A DNA stretch of 64,000 nucleotides, taken from Chrysomallon squamiferum. Its lineage: Eukaryota; Animalia; Mollusca. The DNA lies in the NCBI GenBank assembly GCA_012295275.1, contig CM022675.1, positions 5,580,001-5,644,000 of the forward strand, read 5' to 3'. The notes beneath the pieces were generated by a model. That model had not been told where the DNA came from. It ran no database searches and saw only the letters and a list, made by a program, of their open reading frames with translations. Shown here one piece after another: positions 1-14,679 of the stretch. Both the position numbers and the translations under genes were made by a program. How positions within the stretch are numbered: position 1 is the stretch's first letter; each line of letters begins with the position of its first letter.

Positions 1-187
1 ATTTGCTGTTGGAAATAATGTCTGATTCAAAAGCTTCTGAAATATGTGCCTGGGAAAGTCATGTACGACATCTAAGTTTCTGATTCCAGTCATAGTTCCC
101 GAAGAAAAACTCGTTTATAATAATAATAATTATTATTATTATTGTTATTATTGCATTAATCACTTTTAAGTCTGTTAATGAACTTAC

Positions 188-445
188 CATCACACTTATT
201 ACTAGTTGTATTTTTAGTATATCCTGTAGGACAGTCACACTTGTAGGATCCCAGTGTGTTGACACACAACATATCATCACCACAGATGTTTTCATTTTCT
301 TTACACTCGTCAATATCCTGATCACACTTTGTTCCCCTCCACCCCTCAATACAGACACACCCAAACCGACTGTCACAGCGACTGGCAGTGTCACTGCATT
401 CACATTTCTCAGCACAGTTAGCTCCGTATGTCAGTTCAGGACAAA
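188..445 (-). CDS. Internal exon of a multi-EGF extracellular protein (MEGF/laminin-type EGF followed by a calcium-binding EGF)
   Basis: 258-nt phase 1-1 exon bounded by ttcAG (446-447) and GTaagt (182-187). Translates VCPELTYGANCAEKCECSDTASRCDSRFGCVCIEGWRGTKCDQDIDECKENENICGDDMLCVNTLGSYKCDCPTGYTKNTTSNKCD, with the DIDEC...C.NT.GSY.C cbEGF signature. Confidence 0.92.
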
Positions 446-541
446 CTGAAATATATAGATATTTAAACATTAATTAAAATTCAGACGCCGTATTAAATTT
501 ATATAATAAGTTATTTTAAAACAAACTGAAATATATATGTA

Positions 542-581
<40 letters not shown>

Positions 582-596
582 TACATATATACATAC

Positions 597-630
<34 letters not shown>

Positions 631-1117
631 TAAAATATTTTATTACAAATTTAACACAATATTTTAACTTTAAAGTAATACGTTATTTTAGGAAAAATTG
701 AAATATAAAAATATTTTACTCTATCATAAATTTATATAATATGTTATTTAATAGAAACTGAAATATAAAAAATATTTCTGTTCATTATAAATCTTTTTGT
801 ATGGGTTATTTGCGAACTATGTGTAATATAAAGATATTTTAACTTATTATAAATCTACATAACTTATTAATTTACTTCATACGTTATTTAATAGAAACTG
901 CTGTTTTATCAATTGTTACGGGTTTCTTCTTCGTCTTCTTCGTCTTCTTCTTCTTATCATTTACATTTTTAATTTTTATTAATATTATATATTTTTTGTT
1001 TATGCTAAAAATAACAGATCCACGTAGATGGATGCTTTTACTATTCTTAATGTCACAGCTTTCTAAAAAAAGTATCTACTGTCATAGTTAATCACTAAGC
1101 TAGGGTGTTATTTTTTA

Positions 1118-1173
<56 letters not shown>

Positions 1174-1356
1174 ATATATATATATATATATAAACGTTCT
1201 CAAAACCATCTTGGTATAAACTGGAATAGCTTTATGAGAAACACATACATGCACACATATTCCTTAATCGCAAACAAACAAAGAAACGTGATACATACAC
1301 AAAAACGAAGAACAATCATAGTTACCCTAAAACAAAAATAAATACTGCAAGAGTAC

Positions 1357-1473
1357 CTTCACAAGAACGTTTGTCATTGGCCAACTGAAATCCATCATAA
1401 CACGAACACGTAAAACTCCCCACAGTGTCTGTACATTTCTGAGAACAGATGTTTTGTTCACATTCATTTATGT
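1357..1473 (-). CDS. Upstream exon of the same EGF-repeat gene (one cbEGF domain)
   Basis: 117-nt phase 1-1 exon (ttttcAG...GTac) translating (D)INECEQNICSQKCTDTVGSFTCSCYDGFQLANDKRSCE, a canonical cbEGF. Not in the ORF track because it is short. Confidence 0.9.
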
Positions 1474-1751
1474 CTGAAAAGATCAGTTTTAAATTAAACA
1501 AAGCTTTATATTAATATGCGTATAACCACACATGTATTAACATACTTTAGTTAGCACACACATACACACACACACACAGCTTATATATAGATATACTGTT
1601 CAATCATTTATATCTGAAAATATCAGTTTTAAATTAAACAATGTTTTATATTAATATATGAACAACAGACACATTTATTAACATACAGTAGTTATTCTTA
1701 TTAGCATTGTCACACACACACACACACACATACACACACACACACACACAC

Positions 1752-1951
1752 NNNNNNNNNNNNNNNNNNNNNNNNNNNNNNNNNNNNNNNNNNNNNNNNN
1801 NNNNNNNNNNNNNNNNNNNNNNNNNNNNNNNNNNNNNNNNNNNNNNNNNNNNNNNNNNNNNNNNNNNNNNNNNNNNNNNNNNNNNNNNNNNNNNNNNNNN
1901 NNNNNNNNNNNNNNNNNNNNNNNNNNNNNNNNNNNNNNNNNNNNNNNNNNN
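1752..1951. other. Assembly gap (200 N)
   Basis: Run of N flanked on the left by (CA)n and on the right by the middle of the viral element. Confidence 0.99.
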
Positions 1952-3370
1952 TTTTGGAAACGATATTTTCTCTTACGTTTGGGAAATGCAAATTTAGGAT
2001 TGGCTGCGTAACCGGCTACTTCTCTAATCTTAGATAATTCGGGATACATGTAATCGAACGTCTAATGAATTCGAAAGTGATAAAACATTTTACGAAAATG
2101 CAATCCGCTTGGACCACCGGACTATCTCTACCGCAATAGAGACAAGAGTTTGATTAAAAACTTTGTACAAAGACTCCGTACCACCAAAAGGTTTTCCTTT
2201 GAAAATGTCTTCTAACGTTCCGATATCATTGATATCGTAGTCTTTAATATTATGCAAATGGGGAATGTACGGAAAGATTTTATCCAAGTATGAGTAAATT
2301 TCGAAGTCATGGTATTAATATCACCGATGAGGAATAAAAATACCTCTTGGAATTTGTAATGAATGTCCACCAATTGACATTGGTTTTTGTTTAAAAACTT
2401 CTGGTAGTTTTAATACTGCTCTGGGCAGAGTAGCATTTTGTTGATTGACTGCCCACTGATTGGTGAAATTACTACTGATATCGAACCTTTGGTGGTTTTA
2501 AACTTATCGACAACGAAATTTCCCCATTCGTGATTATAATCACAAAGAGAGCAACTTGGGTTCGCGTACGAAATCCGTGCGCATCACTTGAATGCCACTT
2601 ATGGAAGTGACTTCTTCGGTCGTTAAAGTACAATCTAATATTTCGAAACCTATATTAACGAGTCTGAAAGCTTGAGCTTCTTGCCACTGAATGGGAATTA
2701 CGGAAGCTTTAGGATAGTCGTTAGGTAAAATTTGAAAACCTTCGTCTACTGTTTTATTAGTTTCATCGTAATAAGTGGTAGTTTCGGCATTATCGTGTAC
2801 ATACCATTCAAATATCCGATGGAATGTCTTCCGAAACACTCTGTCTTGATCTTTGTTAAACAGTGGTCCTTGCGGCATACATTACGTGTTAGGAACAGAA
2901 GTAGTTCGATTTTTACCATCGTTAATTCCTTCGCTCCCTCAGCTACTACCGTTACCGCTACTGGTTCCTACAGCTCCACTACCTCCCGACATTTTAAAAT
3001 TTCAATTAACACAGACTAAGCAATGATACTTACCACAACAATCGCTTACATGCAAAGATGGCGAATTTAAAAATATCTGCCTATTTATAAGATTTGTCAC
3101 GTGACTGCAAATCACGTTCTCGCAAGATCTCAGTTTATATCGCATATGCGAGAAATAAAAAGAGAAGCGAGCGTAGCGTCATTCATATGAACAATTAACA
3201 GTTTAGATTAAATTCGAGACTTTAAATCACACTTTTATGTACGGCTTTTAAATCTTATTTTACTAACACGGCAAGCGATCGTACGGGCAAGTGTTAAAGG
3301 TCGATTACACGCAGGCTTAGTGAATGACCTAAAGCACACAGTGCTTTTCGTATGGTTCTGGTACCTCTGT
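1952..3370 (-). mobile_element. Endogenous parvovirus-like element, partial copy (capsid pseudogene 2016-2992 plus promoter/hairpin), truncated by the gap
   Basis: Near-identical to 27881-29300. ATG at 2992 starts Gly/Ser-rich MSGGSGAVGTSSGNGSS*GSEG; in-frame stops and frameshifts follow. Confidence 0.8.
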
Positions 3371-3524
3371 AGTGTATAAATATATATTAAATTGATATAC
3401 AGCGAGACAGAAACAAAAACATATATGTATATAGACAGATATATCTGACAAGCTATCTTTTTATTTGATTAGCTTATTTTAGTTCATTTAATTGTTTAAT
3501 GATGATTATTATTATTATTATTAA

Positions 3525-3566
<42 letters not shown>

Positions 3567-4043
3567 TATTTTTATTATTATTATTATTGTTGTTGTTGTT
3601 GTTATTGTTGTCGTTGTAGCACTTACTAATATAACAAAACGAGAAACACGTTGTGGACGGTGACTCTTCCAGTCATTACAGAGGCTCGCTTACCCAAAGC
3701 TGCCTGTGTATAATAACTGGGTATGTAACAAATGTTAATAGTTCTCACGTGTTTAGTATCTTTTGTTAGACGGACTGAAACAGGTTTTTTTCGTAATGTG
3801 ACAAGTTGTCATCGCTATAAATGATAAATACAGAAATAAACTTTTATTAGAAGACGGGATTGGTCTGATATTTAGTAATAAACATCACTTGGAATAAAGT
3901 TGGCAAAACGCAATCATTTTTTATGGTAACAGCCAGCCACGTATTTAGTAACATTTTTATTTTAGCTTCCACTCCATATAATTTAATATCATGAACACCA
4001 TCAGTGTTTCTTCTACAACCATTTTTTTAACACGAAACACGTA

Positions 4044-4104
<61 letters not shown>

Positions 4105-4445
4105 GTGTATAGGCACCACTTGGAATTTGACTTCAGCGTGCTGTCAATGTCAACTGAAAGTAAAACATAGACAGACACAAAAGCAATTTCTTTGAGCCGA
4201 AAAGTTTATATTTTCTTTAAAGTAAATTAACAATAAAAATAACAAAACATAATCATTATTTTCTTTAGTAGCGGTAGAATTAAAAGGATATGTGGTGGTT
4301 GTAGTCAGTGGTAATAATGGCAACTGTTATTTTGTATCATTATTTTCTTTTTTGTTATTAATATGTTGGTGATTTTGTTTTTTCTTGTTTTTCTTCTTTT
4401 TTCTCATTTTTCTAATTGTGGACAACATAATATTTCTCTTCACAG

Positions 4446-4584
4446 ATTCAGAATGTCTTCTGTTGGTAGCAGTGTCACTAGTAGGAATGTATGGAAGTAT
4501 GACGTTAAGTGTGACGGTTCGGAACCTGCTCTTCATCACTGTCTGCTGAGAGTTTACATCGTCTTCTAATTATAAGCTGTTCAG
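4446..4584 (+). pseudogene. Orphan frameshifted SRCR 3'-half exon (paralog of exon 49268-49419)
   Basis: cacAG...TCAG|GTattt boundaries. WKYDVKCDGSEPALHHCLL vs WKYDADCRSYEPALHLCFL in the intact gene. The 139-nt length breaks the frame, giving a TAA. Confidence 0.8.
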
Positions 4585-5132
4585 GTATTTATGTTAAAAC
4601 TATTAGTTTAGTTTCCAATAAATTGATAGTTTAATTAATAGTTTTATTGAATAAACATAGGGTTTTTTTTTTTTTTCTAGTTGTGTTTTACACTCTGGTT
4701 CGTAATTTTGCATGGAATCACATGATATATTGCTTACAAAGAGAAAACAGAAGAAAACAAAGGTTAATGTTTTACTATTGTTATTATTATTATTAGTATC
4801 ATTACTAATGTTAGTAGTCGTAGTAATAGTAGTATTTATTTAAAAACTTAAAGGACACACTAATAGATGTCATTTCAGGCACTATTTAAATAAATAAATA
4901 AGTTAATAAATTAATAAATAATAAAAGAAGAAAAAAACAAACATCAGCATTTCACTTGTATTATCGCGTGAGAGAAAGTTGTTCATTAATTGGCTGTAGT
5001 AGGCTGTCAAAATGAAAAAGAAAAAAAAAAAGAAAAAGAAATATGCAGAAAATTAAAGTTAAATGATAAAGGAATATCAATATTTTATTACATTCTACTC
5101 CGTAACTTTCATTGATGTGCTGACTTTTCTTT

Positions 5133-5167
<35 letters not shown>

Positions 5168-5188
5168 TATTATTATTATTATTATTAT

Positions 5189-5223
<35 letters not shown>

Positions 5224-6159
5224 TTTGTATTGTTATTATTTTTATTGTTCTTCTTATTATTATTATTCATCATCATCATCATCATCATCTTTATTATTAT
5301 TATTATTATTATTATTGTTATTATTATTGTTATTTTTATATTTGATTGCTTATTTTGCTATAGTAAAACCTGTTTTTTTAGGGGGTTTTTTTGTTGTATT
5401 TTTGTACTTTCTCAAAAACGTGCTTGTTTATGTATTCATTAATATTTTATATTGAGTTTCTTTACTGAACTAAACAACTATAAATCTCATGTGACATTTT
5501 AATTTCATTCATGTTTACAGAAAGTATTTACAGAAAATACAAATTACCTCTCTGTTTTGCCTGTGTGTTTTATTTATTTTCTTCTCATTTTTTTTCTGGA
5601 CATTCTGGAGGTTCGGTAAAAAAAACCGTGGCGGAGGAAAAGTTTCACAGTCGTCATTCTTCAATCAAGATGGAGGATCTGCTTTAACTGTTGCTATAGT
5701 TTCACACACCCATCTGATTAACAATATATATATTTTTTTCATATCGTACATCATTATTTAATTATTTCCTTATTTTTTCAATATTAAATATATTATTCAT
5801 TGTTATTACTATTATTGTTATTGTTCATTATTTCACTTACATGGTATTATTATGAAAACTAACACTATTATTGTATTTTATTGTTATTGTTATTGAAAAT
5901 TTTCATTCATTATTATTATTATTTTCTTAATATTCTTGCATTGTTGTATACAAAACGACCGAATAGATGCAACAATATATTACACAGGGAGAAACAAATA
6001 AGTTGAAAAAGCAGAGAAAAAGTAACAACAAAGAGAAGGTTCCTTTCCTTTTAAAATAACTTGTAACTGTAATGAGAATTATTAACAGGTCATTTCAACA
6101 CGGTTCATCAAATCATATAAGAACATTTTGCGATGATTTATACTTATGACCTTACACAT

Positions 6160-6290
<131 letters not shown>

Positions 6291-7043
6291 AATAATAACA
6301 ACAACAACAACAAAAACAACAATAACACTAACAATACTGTTTGTCTGAAAGAAGTAAATAGGAATTAGTTTAATATTTTTAGTTTTAATGTTTGTAAAGA
6401 GAGGCGAGTGACGTATTTCATAAATCCATGATATATACCGCAAGTAAGTCTCTGTCACCAGCAGAAATTATAGAAATTAATGAAAATGTCCCGAAAAGTA
6501 AAAACAAGAAAGAGACAGCTTCGTTCCTTCTACCTGACCTTTGTGTCATTTACAGCCAGTATCTCTCTTTTACAAAGAGAAATTAGACAAATAAAACAGA
6601 ATAAAAAAAAAAAAAAGAGATAACTTCGTTTCTTCCCACTTACCTCCCTTGTTGTAATTAAGTACTCAGTGCGTCATGGTTTGGTTATCAACATGTAATA
6701 TTACAGTTTCCTTGAACTATGAATATTTAGAGATTTGACGGCGTATTTCATCACCTCGATCATGACTCTGTAAATATTATTTATTTATTAATGTATTTAA
6801 TTATGTATTTAAAATAATATGGCTATTCATCTTGCTGACATCACGTGATAATATTAAAAACTTAATAAATGATCACAAATCAAATCCAGGGGAAAACATA
6901 ATAACCCTTCCCCTCAAACCAAAAAAAAACAAGTTTTAAAAATAAAAATTTAAAAAAAAGCGTACGTCTAAATAGAAAAGATAAAACATCGCTGAATTTA
7001 TAAAATAATGTATTTTAGAGTGTGTAAGCATACAGAGAGAGAG

Positions 7044-7140
<97 letters not shown>

Positions 7141-7689
7141 TGATCTGTTTGGAAAGAAATATACTAACGTAATGAAAAGAAAAAAACATTTTTGCTCTAT
7201 TTATATCTTATCTTATTATTATTATTATTATTATTATTTTTGTTTATTTTGTTTATTTTATGTATTTATTATTTTTATTTTTTACTGAGTCGCTGGTTCT
7301 CTGCAATGTATATATAGTGTAATATACATATACTTGTCTACGGAATATGTTTGTTTATTTGTTTATTCATTTATCTGTTTGTTTCTTTGTTTGTTTTTTG
7401 TATTGTTTGTTTGCTTATTTCCTTCTTTGCTTTTTTATTTGTTTTCTTTATTTGTTTGAATGCTAAGCTTGTTTAAGTATTTTTGAAAAGTAGACTGAGG
7501 GCAATTATTACTAGAACAAAGACGATAAAAACAACTACTACTGCTACAACAACTACTGTTGCTAGTGCTATTCCAACTTGTAATGGTATAAGTCATATAA
7601 ACAACGCTATAAACAGCAATAACAATACATCAACTGAATTATGGTTCGGACACATTCTGCGCTTGTCGAACAAGATACCAATTAAAAAC

Positions 7690-7781
<92 letters not shown>

Positions 7782-8399
7782 CTATCTATCTCTCTATCTA
7801 TCTATCTATCTATCTATCTATATACTAATAATATTAATACCATTAACTGCCACTAAAACTGATTTTACCACTACTGCGTTTACTACTACTAGTATCACAA
7901 TGACTACAACCACTGCTATTAGAGGTGGTATTACTACGACTACTACGAATTCTCTTCGCTACTATTAACGCAGATGATACTACTTCCATTATTACTGTTA
8001 CTGTTGCTCGATCGTTATTAATTACTGCAACAATTACTTCGAGTACTAGAGCTACCACTCCTACTCCTACTACTACTTGTCATACTGCTAGTACTATGGC
8101 TAATTACTAATGCTAATACAAAACCGACGACTTTTACTCCTAATACTTTTACCAGTACTAATAAAATAACCAGTATCTACCATTACAACTAATACTAGTA
8201 CTAGTACTATTATGACTAGTACGCCTATTGCTACCAGAACAGCAACTACTGTTACTATTACCACTAATAACTCTACTACCACTGCCCCTAATACTACTAA
8301 CACTATATTTGAATTTTATTAAGTAAAAGTCGTAGTTTTAAAGTTAAAAGGTGATGATGATGATCATCATAATAATATTTTAATGACATAATATACTTT

Positions 8400-9191
8400 C
8401 TACACAGATCGTGAGATCTTTCAAACACTGTACTGAAAGCCGTTCAAAACAAATTGCCACGTTCATTTAAACTTGATATTACATGTTTCTGATTTCAGTA
8501 GAGTAAAACAGAAATGTCCTGAGATAGATATTATATCTGCATGTGTTAGGATCTGACACAAAGTTGTATTTTCAGGTGAATTAAGCATACACTAATAAAA
8601 AAAAGAGCTTAAGGTCTTAAAGATGTCTGTCAACCAGTGATCTTTGTTATTACTTGATTTCTCTAAAGAAAGTTGCTTAATTTAGTATAAAAAATATGTA
8701 TAAGATCCAGTACCTGCATTATCCAAGATATTTACTTACAGATTTGTATTTAGAATGTGCATACCGTCGTCTTAAAATGTAGCTTACGGTTTCATTTTTA
8801 AACATCGCAGTAACGTTCACTATTGAATTAATTTCAAACACTAAGTGAATTTCCTTTCAATGGCTGGTTTGTAATATACTTACCGCATATGTGTATAAGT
8901 TTGTTTAGGTGTGTGTGCATTTTATGATTTGAATATTTTCTGTCTAATGTACGTCTGTATCGACTCCGCACATAAACAATATTCGGAAACACAAAGTCCA
9001 ATCACGACCTCACAAAACTCAACTGGTGCCGCTGACGAGACACGAACGTACAGCGCTCATTCGCTCGCACTCCGAAGGTGAACGACATTACCGTTCCGCC
9101 ATCAAGACAACCGTAAAAGGAGTTGCTCAGTAACCTCAGTGACTATATTAATCGTGTTTGACTATCCTAGTAGAAGAAACATTTTTGGTGT

Positions 9192-9275
<84 letters not shown>

Positions 9276-10520
9276 GTGTGTGCATATATGTGTGTATGTA
9301 TATATGGAGTAAAGCAACACACACACATACACACACACACATAAGTAAAAATGAAAGCAAAGAAGAAAAAGAAAAAAAAAAGACGTCTCATTTGACGCCT
9401 GACTAACCAATCATATTACAGCTGCATAAAACTCCGAGGTCTTTCTGCACAGATTATGAGAGCTTTCAAACACTGCACTGAAAGACGTACAAAACAAATT
9501 GCGACGTTAACTTATGTTTGATATTACTTGTTTCTGATTTCTATGGAGGAAAAAAGAAATGTCCTGGGATAGATATTATCTCTGCATGTGTTAGGATGTG
9601 ACACAAAGTTGTATTTTCAGGTGAATTAAGCATACACTAATCAAAAAAAGCTTAGTTCTTAAATATGTCTGTCAACCAGTGATCTTTGTTATTACTTGAT
9701 TTCTCTAAAGAAAGTAGCTTAATTTGTAAAAGTTCCAGTACCTGCATTATCCAAGATATTTACTTAGAGATTTTTATTTTTTTATTTATTAATATTATTT
9801 ATAATTTTTTTTTTACAGTTTGCATGCCGTCGTCTTAAAATGGGTTTCATTTTTAAACATCGCAGTAACGTTCTCTACCTGACTATTTTTTTTTCACTAT
9901 TGAATTAATTTCAAACACTAAGTGAATTTCCTTTCAATGGCTGGTTTGTAATATACTTACCGTATATGTGTATGTGTGTGTTTAGGTGTGTGTGCATTTT
10001 ATGATTTGAATATTTTCTGTCTAATGTACGTCTGTTTCGACTCAGAACATAAACAATATTCGGAAACACAAAGTCCAATCACGACCTCACAAAACTCAAC
10101 TGGTGCCGCTGACGAGACACGAACGTACGAAGCAGTTTTGGTGTGTGTGTGTGTCTGTGTGTCTGTGTGTGTGTGTATGTGTGTGTGTGTTTGTTTGTGT
10201 ATACACACACACATATATATATATACACACGTATATATGGAGTAAAGCAACACACACACACACACACACACACACAGAAGTAAAAATGAAAGAAAAGAAG
10301 AAAAAGAAAGAAGACGTCTGATTTGACGCCTGACTGACCAATCATTGTGCAGCTGCTTGAAAACTCCGAGCTCTTTCTGCACAGATTCTGAGAGCTTTCA
10401 AACACTGCACTGAAAGACTTTCGAAACAAATTGCGACGTTAAAAAGAAATGCCCTGAGATAGCAATTATCTTCGCGTTTGTTAAGGCGTGACACCAAGTT
10501 CTATTTTCAGTTGAATGGTG
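8400..10520. repeat. Local tandem duplication of a ~1 kb unit (~2.3 copies); also at ~34860-37110
   Basis: ctttcaaacactg.actgaaag recurs at ~8418, ~9464 and ~10395. The block acataaacaatattcggaaacacaaagtccaatcacgacctcac occurs at ~8970 and ~10047. Confidence 0.85.
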
Positions 10521-11689
10521 TATACACTATTGAGAATAAAATTTATTTCTTTAATATATATACGTTTCTGCAGCTGCATGATTGAAGATATTTATTTACA
10601 TTTTTTTTAACGTTCAGAATCGGGTCTAATATGTGAGAATGATTATCGTAAACAATTTTAGCACACAGACATATATAAATAATATTTCTGCTTACCATCT
10701 TTTATTATTATTATACACACACTCACACACACAAACACACGCACGCACACACATATTCATATCTGCATTCATATCCACATCCATAGACACATACAGGCAT
10801 ACACACAGACACACACACACACACAAACAGACAGGTACTATATACGTATGTGTCAGAATCTTGTACAAACTAATCTCTCCATATTGTTTATCTAATTTCT
10901 GAGAAATATATATTTATCTATACCTCTGTCTATCTGTTTGTCTCTCTATCTGTCTATGTATCTATCTGTCTATATATTTATCTATCCAGCTATTTATGAT
11001 ATATTTATCTATATATCTATCTGTCTGTCTGTCTGTCTGTTTATCTATATCTCCCTGTATTCCACTGAATCGTCTATTTATTTATCTTAATTTTACTTTT
11101 GTCCACTGATATAAAATCAAGTCTTGTACCCATATGAATCCTTATCTCGTTCACTCTGTTTGTGATGAAACAATTTTCATGCACGGTCTAGATAATAATG
11201 TAGATCTCCTAACAAGAGTCATACTTATATATAATTATACTGAAGCAGCCGAGGATTTACCAATGTATATTTATGTCTTGTTTATCATGTTTATTTCTGA
11301 ATCGTGAGCAAAAGGAAAAAGAAAAACATAGAATGAACTAGAATTGGTTGGAAATGATTCGCCTTTTCAATAATGAAATTATGCATTTATTTATTTATTC
11401 ATTCATCTATTTATTTAATTATTTATTTATTCATTCATTCATTCATTCATCCTACTGCATCGTATTTTTATGTTATTTTTCTATTTTATTTAATCACTTT
11501 GTTTTTCCAATATTATTATTATTATTATTTTTTATTATTATTTTTTTTAAAAATTTTAAGGATTATTGTTGCTGAAACTTTTCACATGAAAATTTAAAAG
11601 GATTTTGAAAAAACATATTAAGAAACGAGAGACTGATTTGACATCTCTCTGGCAAAGATCACAAAGCTGTACAAATAACGTGTAATACG

Positions 11690-11886
11690 TCTAGACTATT
11701 ACTCCGCTCTCACAACTACAGTTATTGTTTTCTTTCACTTGTCAAACATAAAACACGCTAAATACATCATTGCTCATCTAGACTATTACTACTCTCTCAC
11801 AACTACAGTTATTGTTTTCCTTCACTTGTCATAAAACACGCTTAACACATCATTGCTCATCTAGACTATTACTACTCTCTCACAAC
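11690..11886. repeat. ~85-bp tandem repeat (~2.4 copies)
   Basis: tctagactattact...ctctcacaac recurs at ~11690, ~11778 and ~11860. Confidence 0.8.
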
Positions 11887-11980
11887 ATCAACTAACAGAC
11901 GTTTAGGTGTGTCTCATTGCTTTTAACCTTAAAGGTAGCCCACAAAAAATGTCTCATACATACATACATACATACATACA

Positions 11981-12014
<34 letters not shown>

Positions 12015-13749
12015 CATATATACCTCTAATGCTTATGTACTATTTGATTTTATTATGAGTGTAAATTGGTGTCACTACATACAGTGCTATGTCCCTGGTC
12101 TGATATAACGTTAGTTACATAATACCTTAAACTAATGTACATGTATATCATAATAGTAGTAGTTGTAGTAATAATATTAATAACATTGAAGATAATTTTT
12201 ACCATTGAAGTATACTACTACTACTACTACTACTAGCACTATTATTGTTATTATTATAAGAGTACAGCTACCATTAATACTATTAGTTCAATCAGATAGT
12301 CTTAAAATGTCATTATACGACGTTTCAGAAATTAGTAACTTTATAATATGAGAATGAGACCTGTAGCCAAAAAGAAACATATATAACAAGTTATATATTT
12401 TTATAAATCTGATTCTAGGGGAAAAAATCAGAGGAAAAAAGTCACACTTTTTTATTAAAATTAAGAAATATATTAGAAATGAAAGATAGATGAAACACAT
12501 GTTCTTTGATTTTAATGTTGGTGGTTTAGGTGGATGTTCCACCCAATACCATGATGAAATTCTGCCACAATCGCAAATTGCAGTCCTCAAGGTTCTCTCT
12601 GTAAGTCTGTTATCATTAAATCTCGACAATTACAACTAGATTTTTTGACGCATTTCCACTACAACTTTGTTTTGCAAGTTGCATGTTTGGTATACATGAA
12701 CCCCTCATAACATATTTTGTTACCACCCTTATTGCTATGAATAACTTCCATATTGAACGTATTTCTGATACTAGAGCAAGCTGGAGAATATATAGTGAAA
12801 CACATTTTAATCCTGGACATTTTATAAATCGTTTACAACAGGAAGCCCTTAGTTTAAATCTATACTAATCAATAAGCTAAACGCAAGCTAGACCCAATAT
12901 GAAGCCCCTTTCTTTAATCTGGCCTGATCAGTAAGCTTAAGAATTACCCCATGCTTACTATGATGCCACATTTAATTCTCTACAAACCTATATATTTTGT
13001 GACTTTATTCTGTGACTTTTTTCCTGTGACGTTTTTTCAGTCACCGTAAATTTTGATGTCGAAGATCGATATTTGTTTTCGTACCCTTTTTTAAATGTAA
13101 TTTTATTTTTTAGTTATAATTATTATATTTTTAATGTGCGATGGAAGTTATTTATAATACTGTTTCGCTTTCCTAAGCCATTCACATCAAAACGTATGCA
13201 CGTGTAAAAAACAAAGATATAAAGTGCAGATAATGGAAAATCAATGTGCCACTTTTGTTAATGTTAACTACGGTGTCGAAAGTAAATAAAGTGTGTATGT
13301 GTGTGTATGTGTGTATGTTTCTTTTGATTGTTTGTTTTGTTTTTATTACTTTGAGAGGACACTAGAAGCCAAATCTGAGGCGTTACATATGCAGATTTAT
13401 TAGTATTATTATTATTATTATTATTACATATTAAAAAGAAATATTAATAGTCATTATGAACTCAAAAATATAGAAATAAGTTACACAGACAGATCGGCTG
13501 GAAGCTAAAAGGAGAGAAAAAGTACATTAAGACTTACAAAATATTAGTCAAGTAATATATAGCAAATACAAAAAACTAATTAACTATTTAAAATTATACG
13601 GAATTATTATTTAATTTTACACACACACACACACACACACAGATACACACACATATATATGCTCTATATGAACACATATACAATTGCTTTCTGTTGCAAT
13701 ACTTAAAAGCAGAGATTCATTGGACAAGATGGTTTCTTTGTCCTTACCA

Positions 13750-13859
13750 TATAAATACAGCGAAACACATCGTGACATGCAGATTTATGTTTTATTCTAA
13801 ACACATCGAACTGTGTGAGTGAGGACAAAGCTTCTTTTCTGAGTGTCACAAGAAACAAG
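13750..13859 (+). promoter_or_regulatory. TATA box and putative non-coding first exon of ZP-SRCR paralog A
   Basis: TATAAATA at 13750-13757 and donor CAAG|GTaggc at 13859/13860. The block is conserved at 25669-25771 and 39140-39249, and copies A and B lie ~4.5 kb upstream of the signal-peptide exon. Confidence 0.55.
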
Positions 13860-14116
13860 GTAGGCTCGCGTTAGCTTACTTCAGTGAGTACGTTTGTACG
13901 GACGTTTTGTACATTTGAATGCAATTGACTTCAGTAAATGCAGATGTATACATTTTCCCTGTAACATAAATGTATCAGCAGTTTTTGTAGTACTTGAGTT
14001 CTTAATTGTTACTTATGTTGTGGATGTTGTTGTTGCAGCTACTGCTGTTGTATAAACCTCGACGTTAAATTAACACGCGTCGATGTTATAAAATATTACA
14101 TTATATTATATTAGAT

Positions 14117-14151
<35 letters not shown>

Positions 14152-14320
14152 TTTTTGTATTTATTTATTTTATTACTGTTATTTATTTCCACAGATTGAA
14201 CTTAGTAATAGCATTCGGATAAAGCGCAGTTATTTTAGTATTATTTTTATAATAATTATTTTTTATCTATTTAATATTTTATTATTTATTTATTTATTTA
14301 TTTGTTTGTTTGTCTGTCTG

Positions 14321-14396
<76 letters not shown>

Positions 14397-14679
14397 ACTA
14401 TCTGTCTATCTATTTCTTTCTTTCTTTATTTTAATTTATTTTATTTTATAGTTAAAGTGTCCCAACGGAGATATTATTTTAAGTTATGCTTAACTTGATT
14501 TCTGCTATCTTGTCTTAAACTAAAGAGTACAGTTTATATGTATATAAACACATGAATATAACAATACATATGTTCATCTTATCTAAATTAGATGTTATTC
14601 TTCTTGTTGATATGTTGGCTATAAACACCGTTGCCGTTGCTTTTCGAAATGTACCAATGGTGTTAAAAATATATTAATT

